In this document: piece by piece, positions 13,394-23,591 of the stretch
Layout: each line of letters opens with the position of its first letter
Position numbering within the stretch: the first letter of the stretch is position 1
NCBI GenBank assembly: GCA_963721385.1
Contig: CAVRJB010000019.1
Span: 389,513 to 453,512, forward strand
Length of the DNA: 64,000 nucleotides
Reading direction: 5' to 3'
Origin: an uncultured Acidobacteriota bacterium
GTDB lineage: Bacteria > Acidobacteriota > Thermoanaerobaculia > UBA5066
Position numbers and translations under genes: made by a program
Notes under the pieces: generated by a model
Told to the model about the DNA's origin: nothing
The model's database searches: none
What the model saw: the letters and a program-made list of their open reading frames with translations, nothing else

Positions 13394-14722
13394 TCACGCC
13401 CCGCCGAGCGCCTCGCGAGCGCACGCGGCGAGGTGATCGGCGAGATGCTCCACGAGGGCCGCATCCTCGCCTTCGACCATGATGCGAAGGAGCGGCTCAG
13501 TCCCCGAATAGCGGACGAGGAGGCGCCCCTTGCCGGCGAGGCGGCTCTCCGCGAGCCTCATTTCGTCGCCGAAGGGGGGAGCCTGCTCGAGGGGGACGCG
13601 CTCCTTCACCCGTACGTTGCGGAGAAGCTGCGGCAGGTGAGCGAACCGGGGCTGGTCGGCGAGCGTCCGTCCCGACGCGGCGACGAGCGCGGCGAGGTGA
13701 AGGCCGGTCAGCGTTCCGTCGCCGGTCGTCGTCAGGTCCGACCGGATCAGGTGTCCGGAAGGCTCGCCGCCGAGAAAGGAGCCGCTTCGCTCCATCTCCT
13801 CGACGACGTACCGGTCGCCGACGGGCGCGCGGAGCAGCCCGACGCCGAGCGCCGCCAGCGCCCGTTCGAGCCCGTAGTTCGACATGACGGTCCCCACGAC
13901 GGCAGCCGGCTTCCGCCCCTCGCGGATGAGCTCGTGCGTCCAGAGGTAGAGGACGTCGTCGCCGTCGAGGAGCCGCCCCGTGCCGTCGGCGAGGACGATC
14001 CGGTCGGCATCCCCGTCCAGCGCGAGGCCGAGGTCGGCGTGTCTCGCGACGACGGCGCGGGCCATCGCCTCGGGGTGAAGCGCCCCGCACCCCTCGTTGA
14101 TGTTGCGCCCATCGGGCGCGTCCGCGACCGAATGGACACGCGCGCCGGCGGCACCGAACGCGAGCGGAGCGACCTGAAACGCGGCGCCGTTCGCCGCGTC
14201 GATCATCACCGTCAGCCCGTCAAGGCGGTGGGGCAGCGTGCCGGCGAGGTGATCGACGTAGAGGCGTGGAAGCGACGGGTCGGGCGAAGCAGCGCGGGGG
14301 GCGGCGGCGCCGCTCGCCTCGATCCGCAACTCGATTCCGGCTTCGACGGCGTCGGAGAGCTTTCGCCCGTCCCTCGAGAAGAGCTTGATGCCGTTGTCGC
14401 GCCAGGGATTGTGGGATGCGGAGACGGAGACGCCGGCGTCGGCGCCGAGCGCGCCGACGAGCCAGGCGACGGCGGGCGTCGGGACGACCCCCGCGAAGGC
14501 GACTCGGGCCCCCTGCGAGGCGAGCCCGCCGGTCAGAGCGGCGACGATCCCGTCCGTGGACTCGCGGGTGTCCCCGCCGACCACGACGAGGGGCGCCTCC
14601 GCCCTCCCTTCCTCCCGGAGCAAGGCGCCGAGGGCGGCGCCGATGCGCGAGACCGTCCGGGGGTCGAGCGGAGGAACGCCCGCTTCGCCGCGGATTCCGT
14701 CGGTACCGAAGAGGCGACGCAC
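13394..14722 (-). CDS. glmM: phosphoglucosamine mutase
   Basis: MRRLFGTDGIRGEAG, active-site SASHNPWRDNGIK, metal loop LALDGDADR. 442 aa. Confidence 0.95.
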   Translation of the reverse strand: MRRLFGTDGIRGEAGVPPLDPRTVSRIGAALGALLREEGRAEAPLVVVGGDTRESTDGIVAALTGGLASQGARVAFAGVVPTPAVAWLVGALGADAGVSVSASHNPWRDNGIKLFSRDGRKLSDAVEAGIELRIEASGAAAPRAASPDPSLPRLYVDHLAGTLPHRLDGLTVMIDAANGAAFQVAPLAFGAAGARVHSVADAPDGRNINEGCGALHPEAMARAVVARHADLGLALDGDADRIVLADGTGRLLDGDDVLYLWTHELIREGRKPAAVVGTVMSNYGLERALAALGVGLLRAPVGDRYVVEEMERSGSFLGGEPSGHLIRSDLTTTGDGTLTGLHLAALVAASGRTLADQPRFAHLPQLLRNVRVKERVPLEQAPPFGDEMRLAESRLAGKGRLLVRYSGTEPLLRIMVEGEDAALVEHLADHLAACAREALGGA

Positions 14723-14753
14723 GGCGCGAGCTTACCTGAGGGCCGGAAGGACG

Positions 14754-14782
14754 TTGACAGCCCCGGCGAGGGCCATTATCCT
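14754..14782 (+). promoter_or_regulatory. candidate sigma-70 promoter for the rrf2-sbp-cysTWA unit
   Basis: TTGACA (14754-14759), a 17-nt spacer, then TATCCT (14777-14782). It lies in a locally AT-rich patch 24 nt upstream of the TTG start at 14806. Confidence 0.45.
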
Positions 14783-14787
14783 AGTAA

Positions 14788-14797
14788 TCCTATAGGA
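14788..14797. promoter_or_regulatory. perfect 10-bp palindrome TCCTATAGGA at the predicted transcription start (candidate Rrf2 operator)
   Basis: Read directly from the sequence. It lies between the -10 element and the rrf2 start codon, flanked by AT-rich sequence (ctagtaaTCCTATAGGAattatctattg). Confidence 0.35.
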
Positions 14798-14805
14798 ATT
14801 ATCTA

Positions 14806-15252
14806 TTGAGAATCTCCCGGCGCGGCCTCTATGCCCTGACGGCGCTCTGCCACCTCGCCGGGAGGTCCGGCGAGGTGGTCCGCGTGGGGGAAATCGCCGC
14901 AGCCGAGGGAATTCCGGAGAAGTTCCTGGAGGGAATTCTCGTCTTCCTGAGAAATGCGCGGATCGTCTCGAGCCGGCGGGGACGAGACGGAGGCTATACC
15001 CTGCGCCGCCCGGCGGAGGCGATCGTCCTCGGCGAGGTGATCCGTGGGATCGACGGGCCCCTCGCGCCGTTCGGGGACGCGGAGGAGCTGGCGCGCCGGG
15101 TCCGGACCGACAAGCGGCAACCGGGCCTCTTCGAGGTGTTCCTCGACGTGAGAAACGCCGCGGCGGCGATCCTCGACCACACGACGCTCGCCGACGTGCT
15201 GAAGCGGAACCGCCGGCTGGCGGCCGCCGCCCGACGCCGGACGGCCCGATAG
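14806..15252 (+). CDS. Rrf2-family transcriptional regulator, CymR-like (lacks the three-Cys Fe-S ligand motif)
   Basis: TTG start. (M)RISRRGLYALTALCHLA...VRVGEIAAAEGIPEKFLEGILVFLRNARIVSSRRGRDGGYTL matches the Rrf2 winged helix. The only Cys is residue 15. Confidence 0.88.
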   Translation: MRISRRGLYALTALCHLAGRSGEVVRVGEIAAAEGIPEKFLEGILVFLRNARIVSSRRGRDGGYTLRRPAEAIVLGEVIRGIDGPLAPFGDAEELARRVRTDKRQPGLFEVFLDVRNAAAAILDHTTLADVLKRNRRLAAAARRRTAR

Positions 15253-15267
15253 ATCCGGAGACGTGAC

Positions 15268-16311
15268 ATGAGAGGAGTCGAAGGCCAAATACCTATTAAA
15301 TCAATAGGGATTGTTCTGACCGTCCTGGCCGCGGCGCTCTCCGGCTCCGTCCTGGGGGCGCCGCCCGCTCCGGCGAAGGTGGAACTCCTGAACGTCTCGT
15401 ACGACCCGACCCGGGAGTTCTACCGGGAGTTCAACGCGTCGTTCGCCGCGGCCTGGAAGGCGAAGACGGGGCAGGCCGTCGAGATCCGCCAGTCGCACGG
15501 GGGCTCGGGAAAGCAGGCGCGGGCGGTGATCGACGGGCTTTCCGCGGACGTCGTGACGCTCGCTCTCGCGTACGACGTCGACGCGCTCGTCGCGAACGGG
15601 GGCCTCGTGGCGAGGAACTGGAGAAAACGGATCCCCTACGGGAGCGCTCCGTACACGTCCACGGTCGTCTTCCTCGTCCGGAAGGGAAATCCGAAGGGAA
15701 TCCGCGACTGGCCGGACCTGCTGAAGCCGGGAGTCAGCGTCATCACGCCGAATCCGAAGACCTCGGGCGGCGCGCGCTGGAACTACCTGGCCGCGTGGGG
15801 CGCGATGCGGAAGGCGGGGAAGAGCGAGGCCGAGGCGCAGGCGTTCGTCGCCGAGCTGTTCCGGCGCGTGCCTGTCCTCGACACCGGTGCGCGCGGCGCG
15901 ACGAACACGTTCGTCCAGCGCCGGATGGGGGACGTTCTCCTCGCGTGGGAGAACGAGGGGCTGCTCGCGGCCGAGGAGGTCGGGAAGGGCGAGGTCGAGA
16001 TCGTCGTCCCTCCACGGAGCATCCTCGCGGAGCCGACGGTCGCCGTCGTCGACAAAGTCGTCGACGCGCGCGGCACGCGGGCCGTCTCCGAGGCGTACCT
16101 CGCCCATCTCCTTTCGCCCGAGGGGCAGGAGCTGGCCGCGAAGCACCATTTCCGGCCACGCCTGCCGGAGGCCGCGAAGAAGTGGTCCGGAAAGTTTCCG
16201 GCCGTGGAGCTCTTCACGATCGACGAGATGTTCGGGGGCTGGGACGCGGCGCACCGTGCCCACTTCGCCGATGGCGGCGTCTTCGACCGGATTCAGGTGC
16301 CGGTGCGATGA
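15268..16311 (+). CDS. sbp: sulfate/thiosulfate ABC transporter substrate-binding protein
   Basis: GGAGA SD 6 nt upstream. Signal peptide present. [52 protein letters not shown] is typical of Sbp/CysP. Confidence 0.92.
   Translation: MRGVEGQIPIKSIGIVLTVLAAALSGSVLGAPPAPAKVELLNVSYDPTREFYREFNASFAAAWKAKTGQAVEIRQSHGGSGKQARAVIDGLSADVVTLALAYDVDALVANGGLVARNWRKRIPYGSAPYTSTVVFLVRKGNPKGIRDWPDLLKPGVSVITPNPKTSGGARWNYLAAWGAMRKAGKSEAEAQAFVAELFRRVPVLDTGARGATNTFVQRRMGDVLLAWENEGLLAAEEVGKGEVEIVVPPRSILAEPTVAVVDKVVDARGTRAVSEAYLAHLLSPEGQELAAKHHFRPRLPEAAKKWSGKFPAVELFTIDEMFGGWDAAHRAHFADGGVFDRIQVPVR
15292..15308. promoter_or_regulatory. inverted repeat CCTATT-N5-AATAGG in an AT-rich patch inside the first codons of sbp (possible second operator)
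   Basis: Read directly from the sequence. It shares CTAT/ATAG half-sites with the 14788 palindrome. It lies within coding sequence, so it may be coincidental. Confidence 0.25.
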
Positions 16312-17135
16312 CCCGGGCCCGGCGCGCGGCCCGGCTGCCGGGCTTTCCCCTGACGCTGGGAGTTTCGCTGTCGGCGCTCTCCCTGATCGTCCTCCTGCCG
16401 CTCTCGGCGCTCGCGTTGTCGGCGCTGCGGCTCGACGGGGCCGCCTACCGGCGGACGCTCGCGGATCCCCGCGTCCTCGCGGCGATGCGGCTCAGCCTGA
16501 CGACGGCGTTCGCGGGAGCGGTCGCCGCGTCGCTCGCGGGCCTTCTCGTCGCATGGGTCCTCGTCCGCTACCGCTTTCCGTTCCGGCGGCTCGCCGACGC
16601 GCTCGTCGACCTGCCGTTCGCGCTTCCAACGGCCATTGCCGGCATCGCGCTGACGACGCTCTGGGCGCCGACGGGGTGGCTCGGAAAGCCTCTGGCTGCC
16701 CTCGGGGTGAAGGTCGCCTTCACGCCGCTCGGCATCGCCCTCGCCCTTCTCTTCATCGGCCTGCCGTTCACGATCCGGACTCTGCAGCCGGTCCTCGAGT
16801 CGCTCGACCCCGAAACGGAGGACGCGGCGTCGAGTCTCGGCGCCAACCGATGGGACGTCTTCCGCCGGGTTCTCCTGCCCGAGCTCGTCCCCGCGTGGCT
16901 GACGGGCTTCACGCTGGCCTTCGCGCGCGGGCTCGGGGAGTACGGCTCGGTCGTCTTCATCTCCGGAAACCTCCCGATGCGAACCGAGGTGGCGCCGCTC
17001 CTCGTCATGACCAAGCTCGAGCAGTACGACTACGCGGGGGCGACGGCGCTCGCGGCGTTGCTTCTCGTTCTCTCGTTCGCCCTGCTCCTCGCCGCGAACC
17101 GCCTGCAAGCGTGGAGCGCGGAGGCGGGCGCGTGA
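16308..17135 (+). CDS. cysT: sulfate ABC transporter permease CysT
   Basis: ATG 16308 overlaps the sbp stop (ATGA). Six TM segments. EAA-type loop [27 protein letters not shown]. Confidence 0.92.
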   Translation: MTRARRAARLPGFPLTLGVSLSALSLIVLLPLSALALSALRLDGAAYRRTLADPRVLAAMRLSLTTAFAGAVAASLAGLLVAWVLVRYRFPFRRLADALVDLPFALPTAIAGIALTTLWAPTGWLGKPLAALGVKVAFTPLGIALALLFIGLPFTIRTLQPVLESLDPETEDAASSLGANRWDVFRRVLLPELVPAWLTGFTLAFARGLGEYGSVVFISGNLPMRTEVAPLLVMTKLEQYDYAGATALAALLLVLSFALLLAANRLQAWSAEAGA

Positions 17136-17971
17136 CGCCGATGCAGACGGCGCGGACCGAGCCGGCGTGGGTCCGGCGCCTTCTCGTCGCCGCGGCGCTC
17201 GCGGTCGTCGGCGTCCTGCTCGTCGTGCCGCTGGTCCTCGTTTTCGGGGAGGCGCTGAAGAACGGCCTTCCGGCCTATCTCGCGGCGCTCGCCGAGCCGG
17301 AGGCGGTTGCGGCGCTCCGGCTGACGGCGATCACGGTCGGGATCGTCGTCCCGGTGAACCTCGTGGCCGGCGTTGCGGCGGGCTGGGCGCTCGGCAAGTT
17401 CGACTTCCCGGGCCGGAGTCTCGTCGTCTCCCTCCTCGACCTGCCGATCGCCGTCTCGCCCGTCGTCGCGGGAATGCTCTTCGTCCTCCTCTTCGGCCGG
17501 ACGGGCCTCCTCCGGGGGCTGGTCGACGGCCTCGGCCTCGACATCCTCTTCGCCCCGCCGGCGATCGTCCTCGCGACGCTCTTCGTGACGTTTCCCTTCG
17601 TCGCCCGCGAGCTGATCCCGACGATGCAGTCGCTCGGTAAGGAGGAGGAGGAGGCCGCGCACGTCCTCGGCGCGGGCTTCTTCCAGATCCTGCGCCGCGT
17701 GTCGCTGCCGAACGCCCTCTGGGGGCTCCTGTACGGCGTCCTCCTCTGCGCGGCGCGGGCGGCGGGAGAGTTCGGCGCCGTGTCGGTCGTCTCGGGACAC
17801 ATTCGCGGACAGACGAACACCCTCCCTCTCGAGGTCGAGATCCTGTACAACGAATACCGGTACTCCGCCGCGTTCGCCGTCGCCTCTCTCCTCACCGGCT
17901 TCGCCCTCATGACGCTCCTCCTGAAAGCGGTGCTCGAAGCGCGTGTGCGGAGCGAGAGGAGGGCTCTGTGA
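17132..17971 (+). CDS. cysW: sulfate ABC transporter permease CysW
   Basis: GTG 17132 overlaps the cysT stop (GTGA). An alternative ATG lies at 17141. [24 protein letters not shown] loop; multiple TM segments. Confidence 0.9.
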   Translation: MTPMQTARTEPAWVRRLLVAAALAVVGVLLVVPLVLVFGEALKNGLPAYLAALAEPEAVAALRLTAITVGIVVPVNLVAGVAAGWALGKFDFPGRSLVVSLLDLPIAVSPVVAGMLFVLLFGRTGLLRGLVDGLGLDILFAPPAIVLATLFVTFPFVARELIPTMQSLGKEEEEAAHVLGAGFFQILRRVSLPNALWGLLYGVLLCAARAAGEFGAVSVVSGHIRGQTNTLPLEVEILYNEYRYSAAFAVASLLTGFALMTLLLKAVLEARVRSERRAL

Positions 17972-18699
17972 GCATCGAAGCCCGCCACGTCACGAAGTCG
18001 TTCGGCACGTTCGTCGTGCTGACCGACGTCAGCCTCACGATCCCGGACGGGGAGCTCGTCGCCCTCCTCGGCCCGTCCGGTTCGGGCAAGACGAGCCTCC
18101 TCAGGATCATCGCCGGGCTCGAGGCGCCCGACGCCGGCACGATCCTCTTCCACGGCGAGGACACGACCCACCGTGAGGCGCGGGAGCGCGGCGTGGGGTT
18201 CGTCTTCCAGCACTACGCCCTCTTTCGCCGGATGACGGTCTTCGAGAACGTCGCCTTCGGCCTCCGGGTCAAGCCGCGGGAGGCGCGGCCGCCGGAGGAG
18301 GAGATCCGTCGCCGCGTCATGGCCCTCCTCTCCCTCGTCGGCGTCGACTGGCTCCACGACCGGCGGCCGGCCGAGCTTTCGGGCGGCCAGCGGCAGCGGG
18401 TGGCGCTCGCCCGCGCCCTGGCCGTCGAGCCGCGCGTCCTCCTTCTCGACGAGCCGTTCGGCTCCCTCGACGCGAAGGTGCGTCTCGAGCTGCGGCGGTG
18501 GCTCCGGCGATTGCACGACGAGATCCGGCTGACGAGCCTCTTCGTCACGCACGACCAGGAGGAGGCCTTCGAGGTGGCTGACAGGGTCGTCCTTCTCAAC
18601 GCCGGCCGCATCGAGCAGGTCGGGACGCCGAAGGAGCTGCTCGAGAGCCCCGTGAGCGCCTTCGTCCGCGACTTCGTCAGGCCCGGCGCGGCCGGCTGA
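17968..18699 (+). CDS. cysA: sulfate ABC transporter ATP-binding protein, short form without the C-terminal TOBE-type domain
   Basis: GTG overlaps the cysW stop. Walker [10 protein letters not shown], signature [14 protein letters not shown], Walker [12 protein letters not shown]. Only 243 aa, and the next gene starts 56 nt downstream. Confidence 0.9.
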   Translation: MSIEARHVTKSFGTFVVLTDVSLTIPDGELVALLGPSGSGKTSLLRIIAGLEAPDAGTILFHGEDTTHREARERGVGFVFQHYALFRRMTVFENVAFGLRVKPREARPPEEEIRRRVMALLSLVGVDWLHDRRPAELSGGQRQRVALARALAVEPRVLLLDEPFGSLDAKVRLELRRWLRRLHDEIRLTSLFVTHDQEEAFEVADRVVLLNAGRIEQVGTPKELLESPVSAFVRDFVRPGAAG

Positions 18700-18754
18700 G
18701 GCCCCCGCCCCTATACTTCCCGGACGTCATGAGATTGCGTCCGGGGCTCCCACC

Positions 18755-21139
18755 GTGACGCCCGTCGGTCCGGGGAAGCGTCTCGGGCCGTACGAGGTCG
18801 TCGCGCCGCTCGGCGCGGGCGGCATGGGCGAGGTCTGGCGGGCGCGGGACACGCGCCTCGAGCGTGACGTGGCGCTGAAGGTGATCGGGTCCGAGCTTCT
18901 CTCCGACGACGCCGCGCGACGCCGGTTCCGCAAGGAGGCCCTCGCCCTCGCGAAGCTGAAGCACGCGCACATCGCCCACATCTACGACGTCGTCAGTGAG
19001 GATAACGTCGACGCGCTCGTCATGGAGCTGGTGGACGGCGAATCGCTGAGCGACCGGATTCAACGAGGCCCGCTCCCGGAAAGCGAAGTCATCCGGCTGG
19101 GAATTCAGCTCGCCGAGGGGCTTTCGACGGCTCACTCCGGGGGCGTGATCCACTGCGACCTCAAGCCGTCGAACTTGAAGGTGACCCCGCAGGGGGAGCT
19201 GAAGATCCTCGATTTCGGCCTCGCCCATTTCCGCCGGGCCGCGGCGGCCGAGGCGCTGACGGCGGCGGCGACCGAACCCGCGAGCGCATTCGAAGTCGCC
19301 GGCACCCTGCCGTACATGGCGCCAGAGCAGCTCCGGGCCGAGCCGCTCGACGCACGGACGGACCTCTGGGCGGCCGGTGCGGTCCTCTGCGAGCTCGTGA
19401 CCGGGCAGCGGCCGTTCGGCGAGACCGTCGCCGCCCGGCTCACCGATGCGATCCTCCATTCCCAGCCGCCTTCGCTGTCGGCTCCGACCCCGGGGATGTC
19501 GGCCGGCCTCACGAAGATTCTTCGAAGGTGCCTGGAAAAGAGCCCGGAGGATCGATATCAGACGGCGGCGGCGCTTCGGGCGGATCTCGAAGGGCTCGTC
19601 GCGCGCGCGGCGCCTCTCCCCGCGGCGGCTTCCTCGGGCACCGGGGCGTGGAGCCGCCGCCGGATCGCCGTCACGGGGGGACTTTCTCGTCATCGGCATC
19701 GTCGCCCTTGCGGCTCTCTGGCGGGGCGGATGGCTCCGGGGCGGAACTGGCGGGCAGCCGGATCGACTCCCTTGCCGTCCTTCCCCTCTCGAACCTCTCG
19801 AAGGACCCGGCACAGGAGTACTTCGCCGACGGGATGACCGAGGCGTTGATCGCGGAGCTGTCGCGGATCCGGGCGCTCAAGGTGATCTCCCGAACATCGG
19901 TGATGCAGTACAAGAACGCGATGAAACCGCTCCCGGAGATCGCCCGGGCCCTTGGCGTGAAGGGCGTCGTCGAGGGGTCGGTGATGAGGGAGGGGGACAG
20001 CGTCCGGATCACGGTCCAGCTCATCGAAGCCGACTCGGACCGGCACCTCTGGGCGGAAAGCTACACGCGCGACCTGAAGAACGTTCTCGCGCTGCAGAGC
20101 GAAGTCGCTTCCGCCATCGCCCGCGAGGTCCGCGTCGCCGTGACGCCCGAGGAGGCGCAGCGACTCGCGGCGGCGCGACCCGTCGACCCGGAGGCTCACC
20201 GGCAGGTCCTCATCGGCTCCTACGCCATGTCGCAGGCGCTGACGCAGCGGGCCGGAATCGAGAAGGGGATCGAGCATTTCCGGAAGGCCATCGAGATCGA
20301 CCCGGGCTTCGCCCTCGCCCATACGCGCCTTGCCGGCGGGTTGAGACTGGCTGGGAGGCGCGGGCTACCGGGCGACGCGCGACGCCTGCGCCGAGGCCCG
20401 CGCCGAGACGGAGAAGGCCCTCACGCTGGATCCCCATCAGGCCGAGGCGCTCGCCCTGCTGGCCGAACTCCTCCAGTCGTGCGAATTCGACTGGGCCGGG
20501 GCCGAACGGGACTACCGCCGCGCGCTGGAGCTCTCGCCCGGCTCGACCGTTGCCCGCTTCGGTCTGTCGAATCTCCTGAGCATTCTCGGGAGGCACGAGG
20601 AGGCGCTCGAACAGATCCTGATGGCCGAGCAGCTCGATCCCCTTTCGCAGCAGATCGGCGTTTACCACGGGCAGCGCCTGGCGTTCGCCCGCCGCGATGA
20701 CGAGGCCGTCCGACAGTTCCGGAAGGTGCTCTCGGTCTACCCGGATTCCGTCTTCTCGAAGTGGGCGCTCGCCAATACGCTCACGAGCATGAAACGCTAC
20801 GACGAGGCGATCGAGACCTACCTCTCACGGAAAGTTCCGAATCCCGGCGCCAACTTCGCTCTCGGCCTGACGTACGGTCTCGCGGGACGGAAGGTCGAGG
20901 CGCGCAAAGTGCTCGAGTTCCTTCTCGAAAAGCGTAAAACGCAATACATCCCGCCGACCGAGATCGCCGTCATCTACGCAGGCCTCGGCGAGAGGGACAC
21001 GGCCTTCGGGTTGCTCGAGCGCGCCTACGAAGAGCGGGCGTTCCTCATCGACTCGGTCAAGGTGAACCCGCTTTTCGACGTCTTCCGGGGCGACCCACGG
21101 TTCGACGCCCTGCTCAAGAAGATGAACTACCCGAAGTAA
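18755..21139 (+). pseudogene. Ser/Thr protein kinase with TM segment, TolB-N-like domain and TPR repeats, split over three frames by three one-nt indels as given
   Basis: Kinase: GAGGMGEVWRARD, VALK, HCDLKPSNL, DFGLA, YMAPEQ (frame 2, to about 19678). TM segment DFLVIGIVALAALW (frame 0). IDSLAVLPLSNLSKDPAQEYFADGMTEALIAELSRI...RITVQLIEADSDRHLWAESY (frame 1). TPR region DWLGGAGYRATRDACAEARAETEKALTLDP...NYPK (frame 2, from about 20345 to TAA 21139). Confidence 0.85.
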
Positions 21140-22022
21140 GGTCGGCGCCCCGCCAGCCGCCGGCCCGAGCGAGAACGGCGAGAAGACGGAGCGTCTCTTC
21201 GACGTCGTGGACGCGCAGCAGAAGAGGGTGCGCTGCGGCGGCGCGGGTGGCGACGGCCGCGGCGCCGAGCGACTCGGAGAGCCGGTCCGACGGCGGCCGA
21301 CCGGAGATCGAGCCGAGGAACGCCTTCCGCGACGCGCCGACGACGAGCGGTGTACCGGGCGGCGCGACTTCAGCGAGCCGAGACAGCAGCTCGAAGTTCT
21401 GGTCCGTGTTCTTTCCGAAGCCGAGGCCGGGGTCGAGGAGGATCTTGTCTGCCTGAATTCCGAAGGACATCGCGCGGGCACGGGCCGCGCTCAGATCTGC
21501 GGCCACCTCGGCGACCACATCGGTGAAAGAGGATTCTTCGAAGGTGGTCGAAGGCGTGCCGCGGCAATGGTTGAGCACGAGGGCGGCGCCGCGGCTCGCG
21601 ATGAGATCGAGGAGATCCTCCGGGACGTCGAGGCCCGTCACGACGTTCACGACGTCCGCCCCCGCGTCGAGGGCGCCGCGCGCCACCGACGCGCGCCTCG
21701 TGTCGATCGAGATTGGAAGGGACGGCCGCAATCCGCGGAGGCGCAAGATTACGGGAAGAACGCGTCCTTCTTCCTCATTCGAAGAAATCTCTCGTGCGCC
21801 CTCTCCGTATGCCCGGCCTCTGGGCCGCGTGCTTTCGCCTCCGATGTCGACGATCGACACCCCGAGGTCTGCGAACCGGGCTCCTTCTCCGGCAGCCTCT
21901 TCCGCGGAGCCGAACCGCCCGCCGTCCGAGAAGGAGTCGGGCGTGACGTTCAGGATCGCCATCACGCCGGGACCGGGGCTCGTCGCGACGTACGCGCCCC
22001 GACGAAAGAGGGCAGGCGCCAC
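21114..22022 (-). CDS. folP: dihydropteroate synthase
   Basis: ILNVTPDSFSDGG, DIGGESTRP, LLLRVHDV. The 3-prime end overlaps the convergent kinase end by 26 nt. An alternative start lies at MAILNV (21962). Confidence 0.92.
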   Translation of the reverse strand: MAPALFRRGAYVATSPGPGVMAILNVTPDSFSDGGRFGSAEEAAGEGARFADLGVSIVDIGGESTRPRGRAYGEGAREISSNEEEGRVLPVILRLRGLRPSLPISIDTRRASVARGALDAGADVVNVVTGLDVPEDLLDLIASRGAALVLNHCRGTPSTTFEESSFTDVVAEVAADLSAARARAMSFGIQADKILLDPGLGFGKNTDQNFELLSRLAEVAPPGTPLVVGASRKAFLGSISGRPPSDRLSESLGAAAVATRAAAAHPLLLRVHDVEETLRLLAVLARAGGWRGADLTSGSSSS

Positions 22023-22034
22023 TCCACGCGGCAG

Positions 22035-23489
22035 CTACCGGGGCGGGGCGGAGGCCGCCTCGACGCCGCCCGGAGTCGCCTCGATCTGGCCTTCGCCGAG
22101 CGTGATCTCGACCCGGCGGTTCTTCGCGCGACCCGATGCGGTGTCGTTCGATGCCACCGGGTTGGCCGGTCCGTAGCCGCCGTACGTCATCCGGCCGGCG
22201 GAGACTCCCTGCTCCTCGAGGAAATCGCGGACGGCCTTCGCTCGTGCGGCCGAGAGCTTCCGGTTCGTCTCCTCGGAGCCGGTCGAATCGGTGAAGCCCT
22301 CGATCCGGATGTTCTGGTCGGGGAGCATCAGCAGCACGCCCGCGAGCTTGCCCAGTGCGACCTGCGTCGACGTCTTCAGCGTCGCCTGGCCGACGTCGAA
22401 GGAGATGTCGCCGAGGCTCATCATCATTCCCCGCCCCGTCTTCGAGAACGACGAGACGCGATCGAGCGCTCCGCCAAGCCGCTTGGCGAGGGCGTCTCTC
22501 TCGGCCTCCAGGTCGGCCCGCTGCTTTTCCAGCGCGGCCTTTTCCATCGCCAGCGCATTCCGCTCGGCGGCGATCTGGTCGATCTGCGACTTGAGCCCTG
22601 CGGCCGTCGCCTCGCCTTCCTGCTTCGTCACGGCGACTTTCTGCTCGAGGGCCGCTTTCTCGGCGGCGGTTTTCGCCTCCTGCGCAGCCTTTTCGGCGGC
22701 GGTCTTTGCCGCCGCGGCGGCCTTGTTCGTGTCCCGGATCGCCTCGCTCGCGAGAGAGGAGGCGCGCCGGCTGTAGTCCTCGACGGCGCTCCGGCTCCCG
22801 CCCCGCGCCGAGTTCGCGGCTTGTGCGAGGGCGACGGAGGCTTCCTGCATGGCCTTGGGGTTGACGTCCGAGGCCTTCAAGTTCCGGGCGATCTCCAGGA
22901 TCTTCTGGGCCTGCGCGAGGGAGACGGGGTCCTTCGACGTCCAGGACATGTTGGAGATCGTCGGGTTGTTCGCCTTCGGTGCCGGTCCGAGACCTGAGAA
23001 GGCGAACGGCGTCGCGGGGGCGGCCTTCGAGTCCGGTGCGCCCGAGGCGAAAACGACGAGCTCCGACGGGCCGGTGACGCCGGGGTACGACTCGGCGGTC
23101 ACGAGGAGGCCGAAAGCCTTCTGACCCGTCTGAAAGGTGGCGCTCCCGGAGTCGTCGCGGACCGGAAGCTCGCCGAGGTTCTCGACGAGGCCGTCGCGCG
23201 TGACGGCCCAGAGAACGTACGTCGTCACGTCGCCGCCGAAGAGGAGCGCGGGTTGCAGCTTCTTCCAGGAGGCCTCGACCCGGACCTGCGTGTCGATCGC
23301 CTTCACGGTGGCCTCGGCGCGGGCTTCCTTCGAGGCGCGCTCGGTCGGGGCGAGCGTGACGTCGACGCTCCGGTCCGGCCAGAGGGCCGAGGTCAGCCTG
23401 ATTTCGGCCGCCTTAACGGCGGGGGCGGCTGCTGCGAAGCCGAGCGCGAGAGTGAACGCGAACCGGGAAGACGCTGTATGAATTCTCAC
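22035..23489 (-). CDS. OmpA-family protein: signal peptide + ~170-aa N-terminal domain + helical/coiled-coil region + OmpA_C peptidoglycan-binding domain
   Basis: Signal peptide FAFTLALGFAAAAPAVKA. Ala/Glu/Lys heptad-like region (AAEKAAQEAKTAAEKAALEQK...). OmpA_C: IRIEGFTDSTGSEETNRKLSAARAKAVRDFL...NRRVEITL. Confidence 0.85.
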   Translation of the reverse strand: MRIHTASSRFAFTLALGFAAAAPAVKAAEIRLTSALWPDRSVDVTLAPTERASKEARAEATVKAIDTQVRVEASWKKLQPALLFGGDVTTYVLWAVTRDGLVENLGELPVRDDSGSATFQTGQKAFGLLVTAESYPGVTGPSELVVFASGAPDSKAAPATPFAFSGLGPAPKANNPTISNMSWTSKDPVSLAQAQKILEIARNLKASDVNPKAMQEASVALAQAANSARGGSRSAVEDYSRRASSLASEAIRDTNKAAAAAKTAAEKAAQEAKTAAEKAALEQKVAVTKQEGEATAAGLKSQIDQIAAERNALAMEKAALEKQRADLEAERDALAKRLGGALDRVSSFSKTGRGMMMSLGDISFDVGQATLKTSTQVALGKLAGVLLMLPDQNIRIEGFTDSTGSEETNRKLSAARAKAVRDFLEEQGVSAGRMTYGGYGPANPVASNDTASGRAKNRRVEITLGEGQIEATPGGVEAASAPPR

Positions 23490-23542
23490 GGGCGGTCCCC
23501 CTTCTGTTCTTCCCCGACTCTATCGCGACCCGGGAAAAGGGA

Positions 23543-23568
23543 AACGGGGCCGCTTTCGCGGCCCCGTT
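23543..23568 (-). terminator. rho-independent terminator after the upstream OmpA paralog
   Basis: AACGGGGCCGC-gaaa-GCGGCCCCGTT, an 11-bp perfect stem read on the minus strand, followed by TTCCCTTTTCCC. It begins 24 nt past the stop at 23592. Confidence 0.7.
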
Positions 23569-23591
23569 CGATCGAATCGAGAGTTGCCGGG

